A stretch of 64,000 nt of DNA from Thermoplasmata archaeon (GCA_035502035.1 DATJUZ010000037.1:136-64135), one strand, 5' to 3'. Counted from the first letter of the stretch, positions 1 through 9,981 are shown. Notes: generated from the sequence alone by a model not told the origin. A program made the numbers and translations.

Positions 1-1
1 C

Positions 2-1063
2 GACGCAGTCGACGCCATCGTTCAGACGGCGAACCCCCACGGCGTGCTCAGCATCAGCTACGACACCATCGCGCTGATCTACGCTGACGGCACGGTCGCG
101 ACGGGTGGGTCGCCGAAGCTGATCTCGTCCCTTGCGACGGATGCGAGCATCACCGAGAACGGCCAGACTCTCTCCTCGTTGACGGCGGCGAACCCGATCC
201 CGATTCCCTCGAGTGTGAGCAAGGCGACGGTTAGCTCCTGGCTCAAGTGGGATCAGATCCCCGCGACGGTCGAGGGAGCGTCGGTCGGCACGTTCACGCA
301 GGGACCCGCGATCGCCACAACGTATGTCCAGACGATCGGCTGTGGGGTCGCCAGCGGCCCCGCCCAGTACGACACCTGCTACGGGACGGCCGGCTCGGGC
401 ACCTACACGTCGACCTGCGGATTCCTGATCTGCGCGGGCGGCCAGACCTCCGGGTCCGACACGGGCAACGCGCCGATCTCGACCGTCGCCCGCTCCGATG
501 CGAGCGGTACGACCCAGTCGTTCGAGGCGCGCCTGCTCGACGCCGAGTCCTCGACCTCGTTCGCGACCCAGGCCCAGTTGACGGGAGCGACCACGGGCTT
601 CAACGGCTGCGGAGGCTCGAACTACATCTCGGACTGCGGCTTCGTCTCGAACCAGACGGGCGTCGGTAACCCCGGCGTCATCAGCGCGGTCGCCGCGAAC
701 CCGAACGCGATCGGCTACGCCTCCGATGGATTGGTCCGCGCCTCCGGATCTGGGGTAGTCTACCTCGGCTTCCTGGGCGTTGGCCAGACTGTCGCGGGCG
801 CCGCCGCGGACGGCTCGTCCGGAACCAGCTTCGGTGGAATCATCCCGACGACCGGCAGCTCCGGGACGATCGCTCTGGGCATCAAGTCGGAGACGACCTC
901 TACGGACTACGCTACGGGCTACCTCGGGTGGAGACCGTTCGACCTGGTGACGCTGAGCACGCCGGCCGCGACGGCCGCCGCGTTCATCCAGTACGCCCTG
1001 GATCCGGCCAACAACCAGGCCCTCGCGACCCAAGCGCAGGAAGTCAGCGTCTACTCGGTCTAG
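2..1063 (+). CDS. PstS-like (PBP_like_2) substrate-binding domain protein, secreted; 5' end cut by window edge
   Basis: The frame is open from nt 2, with no stop before the listed GTG at 44. Motifs ARSDASGTTQSFEARLL and NPNAIGYASDG resemble PstS-family signatures. Ser/Thr/Gly-rich with 8 Cys, and GC3 is high. Confidence 0.55.
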   Translation, partial: DAVDAIVQTANPHGVLSISYDTIALIYADGTVATGGSPKLISSLATDASITENGQTLSSLTAANPIPIPSSVSKATVSSWLKWDQIPATVEGASVGTFTQGPAIATTYVQTIGCGVASGPAQYDTCYGTAGSGTYTSTCGFLICAGGQTSGSDTGNAPISTVARSDASGTTQSFEARLLDAESSTSFATQAQLTGATTGFNGCGGSNYISDCGFVSNQTGVGNPGVISAVAANPNAIGYASDGLVRASGSGVVYLGFLGVGQTVAGAAADGSSGTSFGGIIPTTGSSGTIALGIKSETTSTDYATGYLGWRPFDLVTLSTPAATAAAFIQYALDPANNQALATQAQEVSVYSV

Positions 1064-1098
1064 GCCCGAGGAGGATCGTCTGACCTGACCAACCCCTT

Positions 1099-1132
1099 CC
1101 CCCCGGGTCTCCCCGGGGGAGCCCTACTTTTT
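1099..1132 (+). terminator. GC hairpin (CCCCGGG..CCCGGGG) followed by a T5 run; candidate archaeal oligo-T terminator
   Basis: TTTTT at 1128-1132 is one of very few T-runs in this GC-rich window. It sits in the convergent gap after the stop at 1063. Confidence 0.35.
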
Positions 1133-1239
1133 GGAATTTCCCAGCACCCCTCGGGCGGAGCTCTCGTTCGGGGGAACTCCCGGCGGGGTCGAACGGGGGA
1201 GGCGCGGCAGCGCGAGCAACGGCCGCGTCGATGGCTCGA

Positions 1240-1791
1240 TCAAGCGGGTCTCAAGGTCAGGTCGGTGTAGAATCCCAGGATCGTCGTGGTCAGGGTCGGG
1301 TTCCACTCGTTCGGAGCGACGGGATTGAAGAAGACGACGTCCCACTGGCCCGGCTGGACGTCGATTGCCAGGTTCGTGACGGTCAGGTTCGCTTGCCACC
1401 CGGACGTCCAGACGAAGGTGTCGACCGTTCCCTCCTTCGCGAGGTAGAGCAGCTGAGCAGGTGTCATCAGGTAGACCGTGATTCCCTCGGTGCTGCTGAA
1501 CGTCCCGTTCAGGATAGAGGCCTTCGGGATCGAGAAGGCGACCGCGGTGAACTGTTCTCCCGGAAGGGAGTACCAGGACCGCGCGGGCACGAGTACCGTC
1601 ACGTGGGAGGAGGGGGTCTCGTGACTCACAACGTAGAGGTAGCCGGCGATCGCCAGGCTCGCCGCGAGCGCGACAGCAATCGCCACGCGGCTCCGCGACC
1701 AGCCCGGGGGCTGGGAGGCCGCGCCCGGGGCGGGGGGTATGGATGGCGGGAGCCGCGACGGTCCCTCGACGTCCGCCGCCTGCGCCCGCAT
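1240..1791 (-). CDS. hypothetical membrane-anchored protein (N-terminal TM helix, beta-rich extracellular domain)
   Basis: This is the C-terminal 183 aa of track ORF 1240..2121, starting at the internal ATG at 1791 (verified as cat at 1789-1791). TM segment VAIAVALAASLAIAGYLYVV. The upstream part of the track ORF is Arg-rich and overlaps the next gene. Confidence 0.55.
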   Translation of the reverse strand: MRAQAADVEGPSRLPPSIPPAPGAASQPPGWSRSRVAIAVALAASLAIAGYLYVVSHETPSSHVTVLVPARSWYSLPGEQFTAVAFSIPKASILNGTFSSTEGITVYLMTPAQLLYLAKEGTVDTFVWTSGWQANLTVTNLAIDVQPGQWDVVFFNPVAPNEWNPTLTTTILGFYTDLTLRPA

Positions 1792-1952
1792 GTACTCCGC
1801 GAATTCCCCTGACTTATGACCTATCTCCCACGCCAGAAAACCACGGCATCTTCGTAGGGCTACCGAGCAGCGACTCGGAGTCGCGCACGAGCCCCGACTC
1901 GGGGCCGCCCTCCTCTCAAGAGGTAGGGGGCGTGACCTCCGGGAATCGTTGC

Positions 1953-3320
1953 TCAGAGCGACTCTTCGATCTCCCCGACGGCCGGTTCGCCCTTCAGCAT
2001 CTCGGCGATCTCGAGGAGCGTGGAGAGGTGTCGTTGGACGTCGCGGTCCGAGTGCTGGACCGAGAGGGTCCACTGCTCGTCCGGCCCCGTCCCCGAGGGG
2101 ATCAGCCCGCGGTTCAGACACGCGTAGTAGTACAGCATCGACCGATCGGCGTCGACCTCGAGGAAATCCCGCCAGTTGCGCACGGGGCGCTTCGCGAACG
2201 ACACTGTCCCGGAAACGCCGTCGGCGGAGACGAACGCCGAGACCCCGGCATCGTGCAGGATCTCGCGGTACCCCCGGCTGAGCGCCTCGTTGAGCGCCGT
2301 GCTGCGGGCGAGCGCGTCCTCGGTGAGAATGTGCTCGAGCGAGGTGAGGCAGGCCACCATCGCGAGCGGGTTCGAGTTGTACGTGCCGGCATGGGCGACC
2401 TTTCGGGGACCGACGTTGTCGAGGACCCCGGGGGCTGCCGCGATCGCCGAGAGCGGGACCCCGCAGGCGATCGACTTGCCGAGCGTGAGGAGGTCCGGAC
2501 GGACCCCGACGCGGCCCGCTCCTCCGTGCGGGTACTTGGCGCCGGTCTTGATCTCGTCCAGGATCAGCAGCGCTCCGAGCTCATCGCACAGCTCCCGCAG
2601 CCCCGGGAAGAAACCGGCCTCGGGCAGGACGAACCCCATGTTCATCGGGATCGGCTCGGCGATGATCGCGGCCAGGTCGTCCCGGTGCTCGCGCGCGATC
2701 CGTCGCGTCGCCTCGAGGTCGTTGAACGGCGCGACCAACGTCCTCTCGGTGAGCTCCGGAAGGATGCCGGGAGAGGCGGGCGCGGAGGCGGGGTGGGCCG
2801 CGGGACCGGCCACCTCCGCCCGGGGCTTGACCCCTACGAGCAGCGTGTCGTGGGAGCCGTGGTACGAGCCCTCGAACTTCAGGACGAAACGACGACGGGT
2901 CGCGGCCCGCGCGAAGCGGATGGCGTGGTGGGTCGCCTCCAGCCCCGTCGTGCTGAACCGGACCTTCGCCATGCCGAACCGCTCGCAGATCCGCTCGGCG
3001 ACCTCCGGCGTCCTCTCCCACTCGTAGCCGTAGATCGACCCGTTCGCCAGCTGCTGGCCCAACGCCTCGACGAGCTTCGGATGGGCGTGCCCGCTCTGCA
3101 GCGATCCGAAGCCCATGTTGAAGTCGAGGTACTCGTTGCCGTCTGCGTCCCAGATCGTCACCCCGCGCGCACGCGCGATGAAGAGGGGATGCGGCGCGGC
3201 GTACCGGTAGTTCGAGTGGACTCCGAACGGCGTCCGCTGGACCGCGCGCTCGAACAGCTCCGCGGAACGCGGCGTCCGGCGCCGGAACGCCTCCTCTGCC
3301 CCCGCGAGCCCGCCGCTCAT
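1953..3320 (-). CDS. class-III PLP aminotransferase, glutamate-1-semialdehyde aminomutase-like
   Basis: 455 aa with ATG at 3320. GVTIWDADGNEYLDFNMGFGSLQSGHAHP and FEGSYHGSHD match the GSA-AM-like class III pattern. Confidence 0.85.
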   Translation of the reverse strand: MSGGLAGAEEAFRRRTPRSAELFERAVQRTPFGVHSNYRYAAPHPLFIARARGVTIWDADGNEYLDFNMGFGSLQSGHAHPKLVEALGQQLANGSIYGYEWERTPEVAERICERFGMAKVRFSTTGLEATHHAIRFARAATRRRFVLKFEGSYHGSHDTLLVGVKPRAEVAGPAAHPASAPASPGILPELTERTLVAPFNDLEATRRIAREHRDDLAAIIAEPIPMNMGFVLPEAGFFPGLRELCDELGALLILDEIKTGAKYPHGGAGRVGVRPDLLTLGKSIACGVPLSAIAAAPGVLDNVGPRKVAHAGTYNSNPLAMVACLTSLEHILTEDALARSTALNEALSRGYREILHDAGVSAFVSADGVSGTVSFAKRPVRNWRDFLEVDADRSMLYYYACLNRGLIPSGTGPDEQWTLSVQHSDRDVQRHLSTLLEIAEMLKGEPAVGEIEESL

Positions 3321-3439
3321 CCGGAAATCTCACCTGGGCCCCGACGGCGCGCCCCGACGGTCTCAGGCAGGCGAGGCTACAAGAGACGACCGGGGGGCAT
3401 GCCGCCGGTGGGTTCGCGCGACGGTCCGCTTCGACCGCC

Positions 3440-4276
3440 TCAGTCCGGCCGGAAGAGCGTCCGAGCGTTCCCGCCGAGGATCGCCTCGCGGTCCGCGGTC
3501 GTCAGCTCCATCTCCTCGACCAATCGAACCGCCGTGTCGAGAGAACCGAGCGGCCAGTCCGAGCCGCCGAGAAAGCGCTCCGGTCGCCCGGAGGCGACGA
3601 TGGCGGCCTCGACCCGCTCCCGGGTCTGGAGGAGCGCCCGCTCGAAGTACGCCCCCGAGGGCGGTCCGAGCAGACCGGAGAGGTCGGCGTAGACGTTGGG
3701 GTTCTTGTAGACCAGCTCCGAAGCCTCGTCGATCCACGGGTTCCCGAGGTGGCAGAGGACGAAGCGAACGTCCCGGAACCGCCCGGCGACCTCGTCGAGC
3801 TCGATCGGGCGGGCGAACTTCAGCAGCCCGAGGCCGTCCAGCGTGTCGCCCTGATGCACCAGGACGGGCAGGTCTCGGCGGTCGGCGAACTCGTAGACCG
3901 GATCGAGCCGGGGATCGTGGGGGTAGAACGGGCGATAGCCGGGGAACAGCTTCACCCCCCTTAGGTGGGGATCGCGGTCGAACAGGGCGAGGGCGGCGTC
4001 GATCGCCGGCTCGCCGAGCGTCGGGTCGATCGTCGCTACCGGCAGCAGTCGCCCGCCGCTCTGCTCGAAGGAGCGCCGCCCCTCGGCAAGCGCCTCGCCC
4101 GTCGACGGGGCCTGGAACAGCTGGATGCAGACGGCGTGGGCGATCCTGCTCTGGTCCATCTCCCGCAGGAGGCCGGCGACGCTGTAGTCGAGATCCGGGC
4201 GGTAGCCGGTCCGCTGGACCTCCGGCCACCAGGCGCTCAGGTGTACGTGCGCGTCGATGCGAGGCGGTTCGGACAT
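3440..4276 (-). CDS. amidohydrolase-2 family metal-dependent TIM-barrel hydrolase
   Basis: 278 aa with ATG at 4276. N-terminal IDAHVHL (HxH metal motif), VLVHQGD, and VLCHLGNPW..ADLSG. Confidence 0.75.
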   Translation of the reverse strand: MSEPPRIDAHVHLSAWWPEVQRTGYRPDLDYSVAGLLREMDQSRIAHAVCIQLFQAPSTGEALAEGRRSFEQSGGRLLPVATIDPTLGEPAIDAALALFDRDPHLRGVKLFPGYRPFYPHDPRLDPVYEFADRRDLPVLVHQGDTLDGLGLLKFARPIELDEVAGRFRDVRFVLCHLGNPWIDEASELVYKNPNVYADLSGLLGPPSGAYFERALLQTRERVEAAIVASGRPERFLGGSDWPLGSLDTAVRLVEEMELTTADREAILGGNARTLFRPD

Positions 4277-4294
4277 CGTTCCGACGACCCTGGC

Positions 4295-4951
4295 TCAGGG
4301 GACCGTGCCGGAGAGGTCCGAGCGGCTCATGGGCCCATCGACCGTCGGAGCGGGGAGCCGAGCGCGGATCTCGTAGGCCCGAGCCTCGCGCGCCCGCCGA
4401 CCGTTGCGGAACTCCGCGAGGCGCAGGTCGTGGGTCGCGACGACCTCGAGCAGTCGGGCGAGGCCGGCCTCGGAGAGGTCGGCCGGGGGAACGGACCTCC
4501 CGACCCTCCAAACGAGCAGCCGCTCCTCGTCGGCGGTCCCGCGACGGGGGCGAACGAAGACGTCCAGCGCGAGCTTCGGGTCGCTCCACGCCACGGCGCG
4601 CAGGTCTCCGTCGTGGAGCACGAGCTCGATCCCGTCCTCCCACGCATGGGCGCGTTCGGGCCGGAGGTCTCGGTCCCGCTGCAGCAGGAGATGGAGCGTA
4701 CCGCCGAGCGCGGCCAGGGCGAGGCCGAACCCGACGAACATCGAGCCGACGCCGACCTCCCCCCGGGCCGTTATCCACAGCGCGAGACCGGCGGCGATGC
4801 ACGTCAGTCCGAGCCCGAGCAGGGCGAACCTCCCGACCTCCGCCGGCCGCTCCCGGCGGCGACGCCACCGTTCTGCCTCCTCGGGCGGGACGAGCAGGGA
4901 AGCCCCGTGCTCGTCGGGCGGGACATCCTCGACGGGAAGAGGCAGCGTCAA
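4295..4951 (-). CDS. hypothetical membrane protein (two TM helices)
   Basis: 218 aa with a TTG start at 4951. TM segments FALLGLGLTCIAAGLALWI and MFVGFGLALAALGGTLHLLL. Lies 18 nt upstream of the amidohydrolase on the same strand. Confidence 0.5.
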   Translation of the reverse strand: MTLPLPVEDVPPDEHGASLLVPPEEAERWRRRRERPAEVGRFALLGLGLTCIAAGLALWITARGEVGVGSMFVGFGLALAALGGTLHLLLQRDRDLRPERAHAWEDGIELVLHDGDLRAVAWSDPKLALDVFVRPRRGTADEERLLVWRVGRSVPPADLSEAGLARLLEVVATHDLRLAEFRNGRRAREARAYEIRARLPAPTVDGPMSRSDLSGTVP

Positions 4952-5002
4952 CGGCCGTCACCAACGGTCGAGAGGAGGGATAACGGGTCAGCCCGGTCTC
5001 TC

Positions 5003-5014
5003 CTTATCCTATAG
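5003..5014. promoter_or_regulatory. AT-rich TATA-like element (CTTATCCTATAG) in a divergent intergenic region
   Basis: It is the only AT-rich patch between the divergent starts at 4951 and 5076. Confidence 0.3.
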
Positions 5015-5075
5015 CGACCGGCGAACGTCTGAAGGCTTCATACGGACGCCACGACTTTCGCTCGTCGAGGGGCAC

Positions 5076-6566
5076 GTGACCGACCCCCGCTCCTGGCTCA
5101 GCTTTTCGGACGCGCCACGGATCGTCGTGCCGCCTCCGGGGCCCCGGTCTCGGGCACTGCTGGAGGAGCAGGGCCGTCTCGAGACCGAGGCGGTCGGCTA
5201 CCCCCACTACTTCCCGATCGCGCCGAGGGTCGCCCAGGGTTCGACGATCGAGGATGTCGACGGCAATCGGTTCATCGACTGGGTCTCGGGGATATCGGTC
5301 CTGAACCTGGGGCACCGCCATCCCCGCCTCGTCGCCGCCCTCCAGGAGCAGGCCGAGAAGATCTGGCACGCCCTCGAGCTTCCCACCGAGGCGCGCATCC
5401 GTTTCCTGAAGGCGCTCGACGATGCCCTGCCGGGCGGGCTGCGCCACCACGCCCGCATCTTCCTGACGGTCACCGGGGGGGACGCCGTCGAGACCGCGGT
5501 GAACCTCGCCGACCATGCCCAGAAGCGCCACGGAACGGTGGCGTTCTCCGGTGCCTACCACGGGGTGCACGGCGGTGCGGCGAACCTGACGAGCGGGCGT
5601 CGCTATCGCGCCCCGAACGCCTTCCCGGGCGGTGCGGTGGTACGCGTCCCGTACCCGGACCCGTACCGGCCGGTGCTGGGCGCGGACGAGGGCTCCGCGG
5701 GCACGATCGCCTACCTCGAACACCTCGTCTCCGACCCTCACTCCGGCGTCGACTCCCTGTCGGCGGTGCTGGTCGAGCCGATCCTCGGGGAGGGGGGCTA
5801 CGTCGTCCCGCCGGACGATTTTCTCCCCTCCCTGCGGGAGTTCTGCGACCGCCACGACCTCCTGTTGATCGCCGACGAGGTCCAGACCGGGCTCGGTCGC
5901 ACCGGGAGGATGTGGGCGGTCGAGCACGCCAGCGTCACCCCGGATCTCCTCTGCATCGCCAAGACGATCGGCGGCGGCCTTCCGCTCTCGGTCGTCGCCT
6001 ACCGCGACGACCTCGTCCGAGACCTGCCGAGGGGCTTCCATCTCGGAACGTTCCGGGGCAATCCGCTCGCCCTCGCCGTCGGGGCCGAGACCCTCGCGGT
6101 GCTCCGGGAGGGGGACCTGCTCGACCGCACGCGTCATCGCGGGGCGCGGGTCGTCGAGCAGCTGCGCGGCTTCGCCTCCCGCTCCCCGTCGCTGGGCGAC
6201 GTCCGGGGCCGGGGCTTCATGATCGGCGCTGAGTTCGTCCATGACCCACAGAGCCGACGGCCGTGGGGGGAGCGCGCGAAGGCGATGCGGGCCGCCCTGC
6301 TCGCGCGCGGCGTCCTGATGCACACCGCGGGTGCCTGGGAGCAGGTCCTGCGGTTCATGGCCCCGCTCGTGATCGAGGAAGAGCTCCTCGAGCGTGGCCT
6401 CGCGGCGTTCGAGGAGAGCCTCGAGAGCCTCGACGCGACCCCGAGGATCCCGTCCGGTCGCCCGCACGTCCCGCGCTCCGCTTCCGCGGAACTCCGCCGG
6501 CCGGCCGAGCATGCCGCGCCGGTACCGGGCGTCCCGCCGGTCCCCGGACCCACGCTCGAGCGCTGA
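5076..6566 (+). CDS. class-III aminotransferase, 4-aminobutyrate/ornithine aminotransferase-like
   Basis: GTG at 5076 preceded by GAGGGG. Motifs DWVSGISVLNLGHRHP, FSGAYHGVHGG, LIADEVQTGLGRTGRMWA, CIAKTIGGGLPLS. The upstream part of track ORF 4404.. is Arg/Ser-rich and antisense to gene 4295..4951. Confidence 0.9.
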   Translation: MTDPRSWLSFSDAPRIVVPPPGPRSRALLEEQGRLETEAVGYPHYFPIAPRVAQGSTIEDVDGNRFIDWVSGISVLNLGHRHPRLVAALQEQAEKIWHALELPTEARIRFLKALDDALPGGLRHHARIFLTVTGGDAVETAVNLADHAQKRHGTVAFSGAYHGVHGGAANLTSGRRYRAPNAFPGGAVVRVPYPDPYRPVLGADEGSAGTIAYLEHLVSDPHSGVDSLSAVLVEPILGEGGYVVPPDDFLPSLREFCDRHDLLLIADEVQTGLGRTGRMWAVEHASVTPDLLCIAKTIGGGLPLSVVAYRDDLVRDLPRGFHLGTFRGNPLALAVGAETLAVLREGDLLDRTRHRGARVVEQLRGFASRSPSLGDVRGRGFMIGAEFVHDPQSRRPWGERAKAMRAALLARGVLMHTAGAWEQVLRFMAPLVIEEELLERGLAAFEESLESLDATPRIPSGRPHVPRSASAELRRPAEHAAPVPGVPPVPGPTLER

Positions 6567-6659
6567 CGCCCCCGGTCCGTCGGCGCGGTCCCCCCGGCAC
6601 TCCGACGGAGCCGCTATCTGCCCGTGCCGGCCGTCGGGGAGCGCCGACCGGGAACGACG

Positions 6660-6950
6660 ATGACGCTCGACCTCTGGGAACGATCGTCCGAGGACGTGAG
6701 AGAACGCTGGCGGGACATCGCGCGCACGCTGCGCGAATCGGGGGACGCGGAGATGATGCCCCGGGCGCTGCAGACCGCGTTCTGGTTCGGCGCGGACGCC
6801 GCCCGCCGTTCGACGCTCCCCCGGTTCGACGCGACGCTGCGCAGCCTCCTGCCCCCCGACACGATCCAGACGATCGTAGCGATCGGCCGCGGTCGTTCCC
6901 CGGCCGCCGCCACGTCCGCGGCGCCGTCAACGGCACGGAAGGGACGCTAG
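6660..6950 (+). CDS. small hypothetical protein (96 aa)
   Basis: ATG at 6660 (verified). GC3 is roughly 88% by hand count and the composition is not Arg-dominated. I recognise no family. Confidence 0.4.
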   Translation: MTLDLWERSSEDVRERWRDIARTLRESGDAEMMPRALQTAFWFGADAARRSTLPRFDATLRSLLPPDTIQTIVAIGRGRSPAAATSAAPSTARKGR

Positions 6951-6980
6951 ACCCCTCCGACCAGGGGGCCTGCGCGGCCT

Positions 6981-8471
6981 CTATGACGTCGGGCTGGCGT
7001 AGTTGATCGAGATCAGCTTGACCTCGGTCATCTCGTGCATCGCGTACCGGACCCCCTCGCGGCCCAGGCCGCTCGCCCGGACCCCTCCGAACGGCAGCGC
7101 GTCCCAGCGGAGGTTCGTCGGGTCGTTCAGGTGCACGCCGCCGGCCCGGATCCGCCGCGCGAGCTGGAACCCCCGGGCGATGTCGCGCGTGTAGACCGCC
7201 GCCTGGAGGCCGTAGGGGGTCGCGTTGGCGATCCGCACCGCGTCCTCGACCGAGCCGAAGCGGACGATCGGGGCGAGCGGACCGAACGGCTCCTCGCGGA
7301 CGACCCGCGCCTCCTCGGGGACCCGGTCGAGGACCGTCGGGGCGAAGTACGACCCCTCCCCGATAACGCGACGTTCCCCTCCAGCGAGCAGCTCCGCCGA
7401 GCGGCCGCGCGCCTCCCCGACGAGCTCCTCGAGGCGCGCGAGCGCCGGCCGGTCGATCACCGGACCGACCTCGGTCGCTTCGTCCAGCGCCGGCCCGAGA
7501 CGCAGCGCCTTCGCCCGCTCGGCGAGCCGGTGGGCGAAGCGGTCGGCGATCGCCTCGTGCACGAGGATCCGCTTGGAGGCGGTGCAGACCTGACCGGCGT
7601 AGCCGAAGATCCCGCGGGCCGCGTCGGCGACGCTCGACTCGAGCGGGGCGTCCTCCAGCACGACGAACGGGTCGAGGCCCCCCATCTCCAGGATCAGCCG
7701 CTTCGTGTCCCGCCCGGCCTTCGCGGCGATCGCGCGGCCGACCTCGGTGGAGCCGGTGAACGTGACGAGGCGGGTCCGGGGATGCTCGACGAGGGCGTCC
7801 CCGACCGTGCTGCCGGGACCGACGACGACGTTGAGCACGCCTCCCGGCAGGCCGGCGGCGGCGAGGTGCGTGGCGAGCCGCATCGCCGTGAACGGCGCGG
7901 CGCTCGTCGGCTTCGCGACGACCGGGTTGCCGGCGGCGAGCGCCGGGGCGACCTTGTGCGAGAGCAGGTTCAGCGGGAAGTTGAACGGACCGATCGCGCA
8001 AACGACCCCGACCGGCTCGCGGACCGAGAACAGGTAGCGATGCTCGTTGCCGGCCGGCCGCGGGTAGGCGTCGGCCGGGAAGCTCTCCCCGCCCAGAAGG
8101 CGGATCTCCTCCGCGGCGAGCTCGAAGACCCCGGCGGCGCGGTCGACCTCGACGCGCGCGTCGACGATCGGCTTGCCGACCTCGCTCGCGATGAGGCGCG
8201 CGAGCGGCTCCCGGTCGTCGGTGAGGCGACGGCCCGCCGCACGGAGGATGCGGGCCCGCTCGTGCCCCGGCACCGCCGCCCAGGTCTCCTCCCGCTCGGC
8301 GGCCGCGTCCACTGCCGCGCGGGCCTGCTCGGGCGAGGCGACCGGCGCCTCGGCGAGCACGCGGCCGGTCGACGGGTCGACGACCGGGGCGAAGCGGCCC
8401 CCGTCCGGGGCGACCCACGCCCCGTCGATCCAGAGGGCGCCGCGTCCTCCGGGGGGGAGGCCTTCGATCAC
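6981..8471 (-). CDS. NAD(P)-dependent aldehyde dehydrogenase (paralog 2)
   Basis: GTG at 8471 (verified), 16 nt after the upstream ALDH stop, with GGAGG in the spacer. Motifs FNFPLNL, EMGGLDP, FGYAGQVCTASKR. Confidence 0.9.
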   Translation of the reverse strand: MIEGLPPGGRGALWIDGAWVAPDGGRFAPVVDPSTGRVLAEAPVASPEQARAAVDAAAEREETWAAVPGHERARILRAAGRRLTDDREPLARLIASEVGKPIVDARVEVDRAAGVFELAAEEIRLLGGESFPADAYPRPAGNEHRYLFSVREPVGVVCAIGPFNFPLNLLSHKVAPALAAGNPVVAKPTSAAPFTAMRLATHLAAAGLPGGVLNVVVGPGSTVGDALVEHPRTRLVTFTGSTEVGRAIAAKAGRDTKRLILEMGGLDPFVVLEDAPLESSVADAARGIFGYAGQVCTASKRILVHEAIADRFAHRLAERAKALRLGPALDEATEVGPVIDRPALARLEELVGEARGRSAELLAGGERRVIGEGSYFAPTVLDRVPEEARVVREEPFGPLAPIVRFGSVEDAVRIANATPYGLQAAVYTRDIARGFQLARRIRAGGVHLNDPTNLRWDALPFGGVRASGLGREGVRYAMHEMTEVKLISINYASPTS

Positions 8472-8487
8472 GGGGCGTGCCTCCCGC

Positions 8488-9981
8488 CTACGTCGGGTCG
8501 CCGTAGACGGTGTAGTGCCAGGCCTTGCGCGCCTGGCCGGTGAGGTCGACGTAGACGTTCTTGACGACGGTGTAGTCGAGCAGCGAGTCGGCGCCGAGGT
8601 CCTTGCCAAAACCGGACTGCTTGAAGCCCCCGTGCGGGGTCTCCGAACCGAGCGGGAGGTGGTCGTTGACCCAGACGTCGCCGAACCGCAGGGCGTTCGC
8701 TGCCCGGAGGGCGGTCCGGACGTCGCGCGTCCAGACGCTGCCCGCGAGGCCGTAGGCGACGCCGTTGGCGATCTCGATCGCCTGGTCGAACGTCGAGAAC
8801 TCGAGGACGTCGAGCACCGGCCCGAAGATCTCCTTCTGGGCGATCGTCATCTCCGGGGTGACGGCATCGAAGACCGTCGGGCGGACGAACGCGCCGTGCG
8901 GGAACTCCTTCGGCGCTTCCGCGCCTCCCGTGGCGAGGCGAGCCCCTTCCTGCGCACCCTGCTCGACGAACCGCTGGACGCTCTTCTGCTGGACCGGGCT
9001 GACGAGCGGTCCCAGGTCGGTCGAGCGGGAGAGCGGGTCGCCGAGGCGGATCGACCGGACCCGCTCGACCAGCCGCTGGACGAACGCCTGTCGGACCTTC
9101 TGGTGGACGATCAGGCGCGTGGCGGCGGTGCAGTCCTGCCCACCGTTGACGAACCCCCCGACGACCGCCCCCTCCACCGCCGCGGCGAGGTCGGCGTCCT
9201 CGAAGACGACGAACGGGGCCTTGCCTCCGAGCTCCAGCTGCACGCGCTTCACGGTCGCGCTCGCCGCCTGCATGACGGCCCGGCCGGTGACGGTGTCCCC
9301 CGTCAGGGAGACCATGTCGACCTTCGGATTCCGGCACAGCTCGTCGCCGACCTCGGCGCCCGGCCCGGTGACGACGTTGAGCGCGCCGGCGGGCAGGCCG
9401 GCGTCCTGGAACGCCCGGGCGAGCTGAAGGGTGGAGAGGGGGGTCCAGCTCGCCGGCTTGAGCACGACGGTGTTCCCGGCGACGAGCGCGGGCGCCGCCT
9501 TCCAGACCGCCATCATGATCGGGTAGTTCCACGGGGTGATCGACGCGACGACGCCGACCGGCTCGCGCCGGAAGATCGTCGTCCCGTCCCCCGTATACTC
9601 GGCGGCGGCCCGGCCCTCGAGCGTCCGGCACGCCCCGGCGTAGAAGTTCAGATTGTCGACGCAGAACGGCAGGTCGGCGTCGGCCGCCTGCTTGATCGTC
9701 TTGCCCTGGTTGCGGCTCTCCAGCTCGGCGATCTCCGGCAGCCGCTGCTGGAGCAGCTGGGCCGCCTTGAGGAAGACCTCGCTGCGGCCCCGCGGGGGCA
9801 GGCGGCTCCACGGCCCGCGGTCGAACGCCTCCCGGGCGGCGTCGACCGCGCGGCGGACGTCCTCGCGCGTGCCCCGCGGCACGGTGCCGAGCGGGGCACC
9901 GTCGAACGGACTGACGACGGGCATCGTCGCCTCGGCGGTCGCCGCGACCCATTCGCCTCCGATCAGCATCGTGTGGTCCAC
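8488..9981 (-). CDS. NAD(P)-dependent aldehyde dehydrogenase (paralog 1, aminobutyraldehyde/betaine-aldehyde DH-like)
   Basis: 497 aa. GTG at 9981 or ATG at 9969 (MLIGGEWV). Motifs ITPWNYPIMM, ELGGKAP, GQDCTAATR. Confidence 0.9.
   Translation of the reverse strand: MDHTMLIGGEWVAATAEATMPVVSPFDGAPLGTVPRGTREDVRRAVDAAREAFDRGPWSRLPPRGRSEVFLKAAQLLQQRLPEIAELESRNQGKTIKQAADADLPFCVDNLNFYAGACRTLEGRAAAEYTGDGTTIFRREPVGVVASITPWNYPIMMAVWKAAPALVAGNTVVLKPASWTPLSTLQLARAFQDAGLPAGALNVVTGPGAEVGDELCRNPKVDMVSLTGDTVTGRAVMQAASATVKRVQLELGGKAPFVVFEDADLAAAVEGAVVGGFVNGGQDCTAATRLIVHQKVRQAFVQRLVERVRSIRLGDPLSRSTDLGPLVSPVQQKSVQRFVEQGAQEGARLATGGAEAPKEFPHGAFVRPTVFDAVTPEMTIAQKEIFGPVLDVLEFSTFDQAIEIANGVAYGLAGSVWTRDVRTALRAANALRFGDVWVNDHLPLGSETPHGGFKQSGFGKDLGADSLLDYTVVKNVYVDLTGQARKAWHYTVYGDPT

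Noticed and set aside
1743-3692. 649-aa plus-strand ORF
   Set aside because: It is antisense to the well-supported aminotransferase at 1953..3320. It is extremely Arg/Pro/Gly/Asp-rich with no recognisable motifs. This is a typical shadow ORF in a 70% GC genome.
3363-4964. 533-aa minus-strand ORF
   Set aside because: It spans two better-supported same-strand genes in other frames (3440..4276 and 4295..4951). Its composition is dominated by Arg, Pro and Gly.
6355-8418. 687-aa minus-strand ORF, and the 502-aa plus-strand ORF 7035..8543
   Set aside because: Both overlap the aldehyde dehydrogenase gene, which has canonical motifs in another frame. Both are Arg/Pro/Gly-rich.
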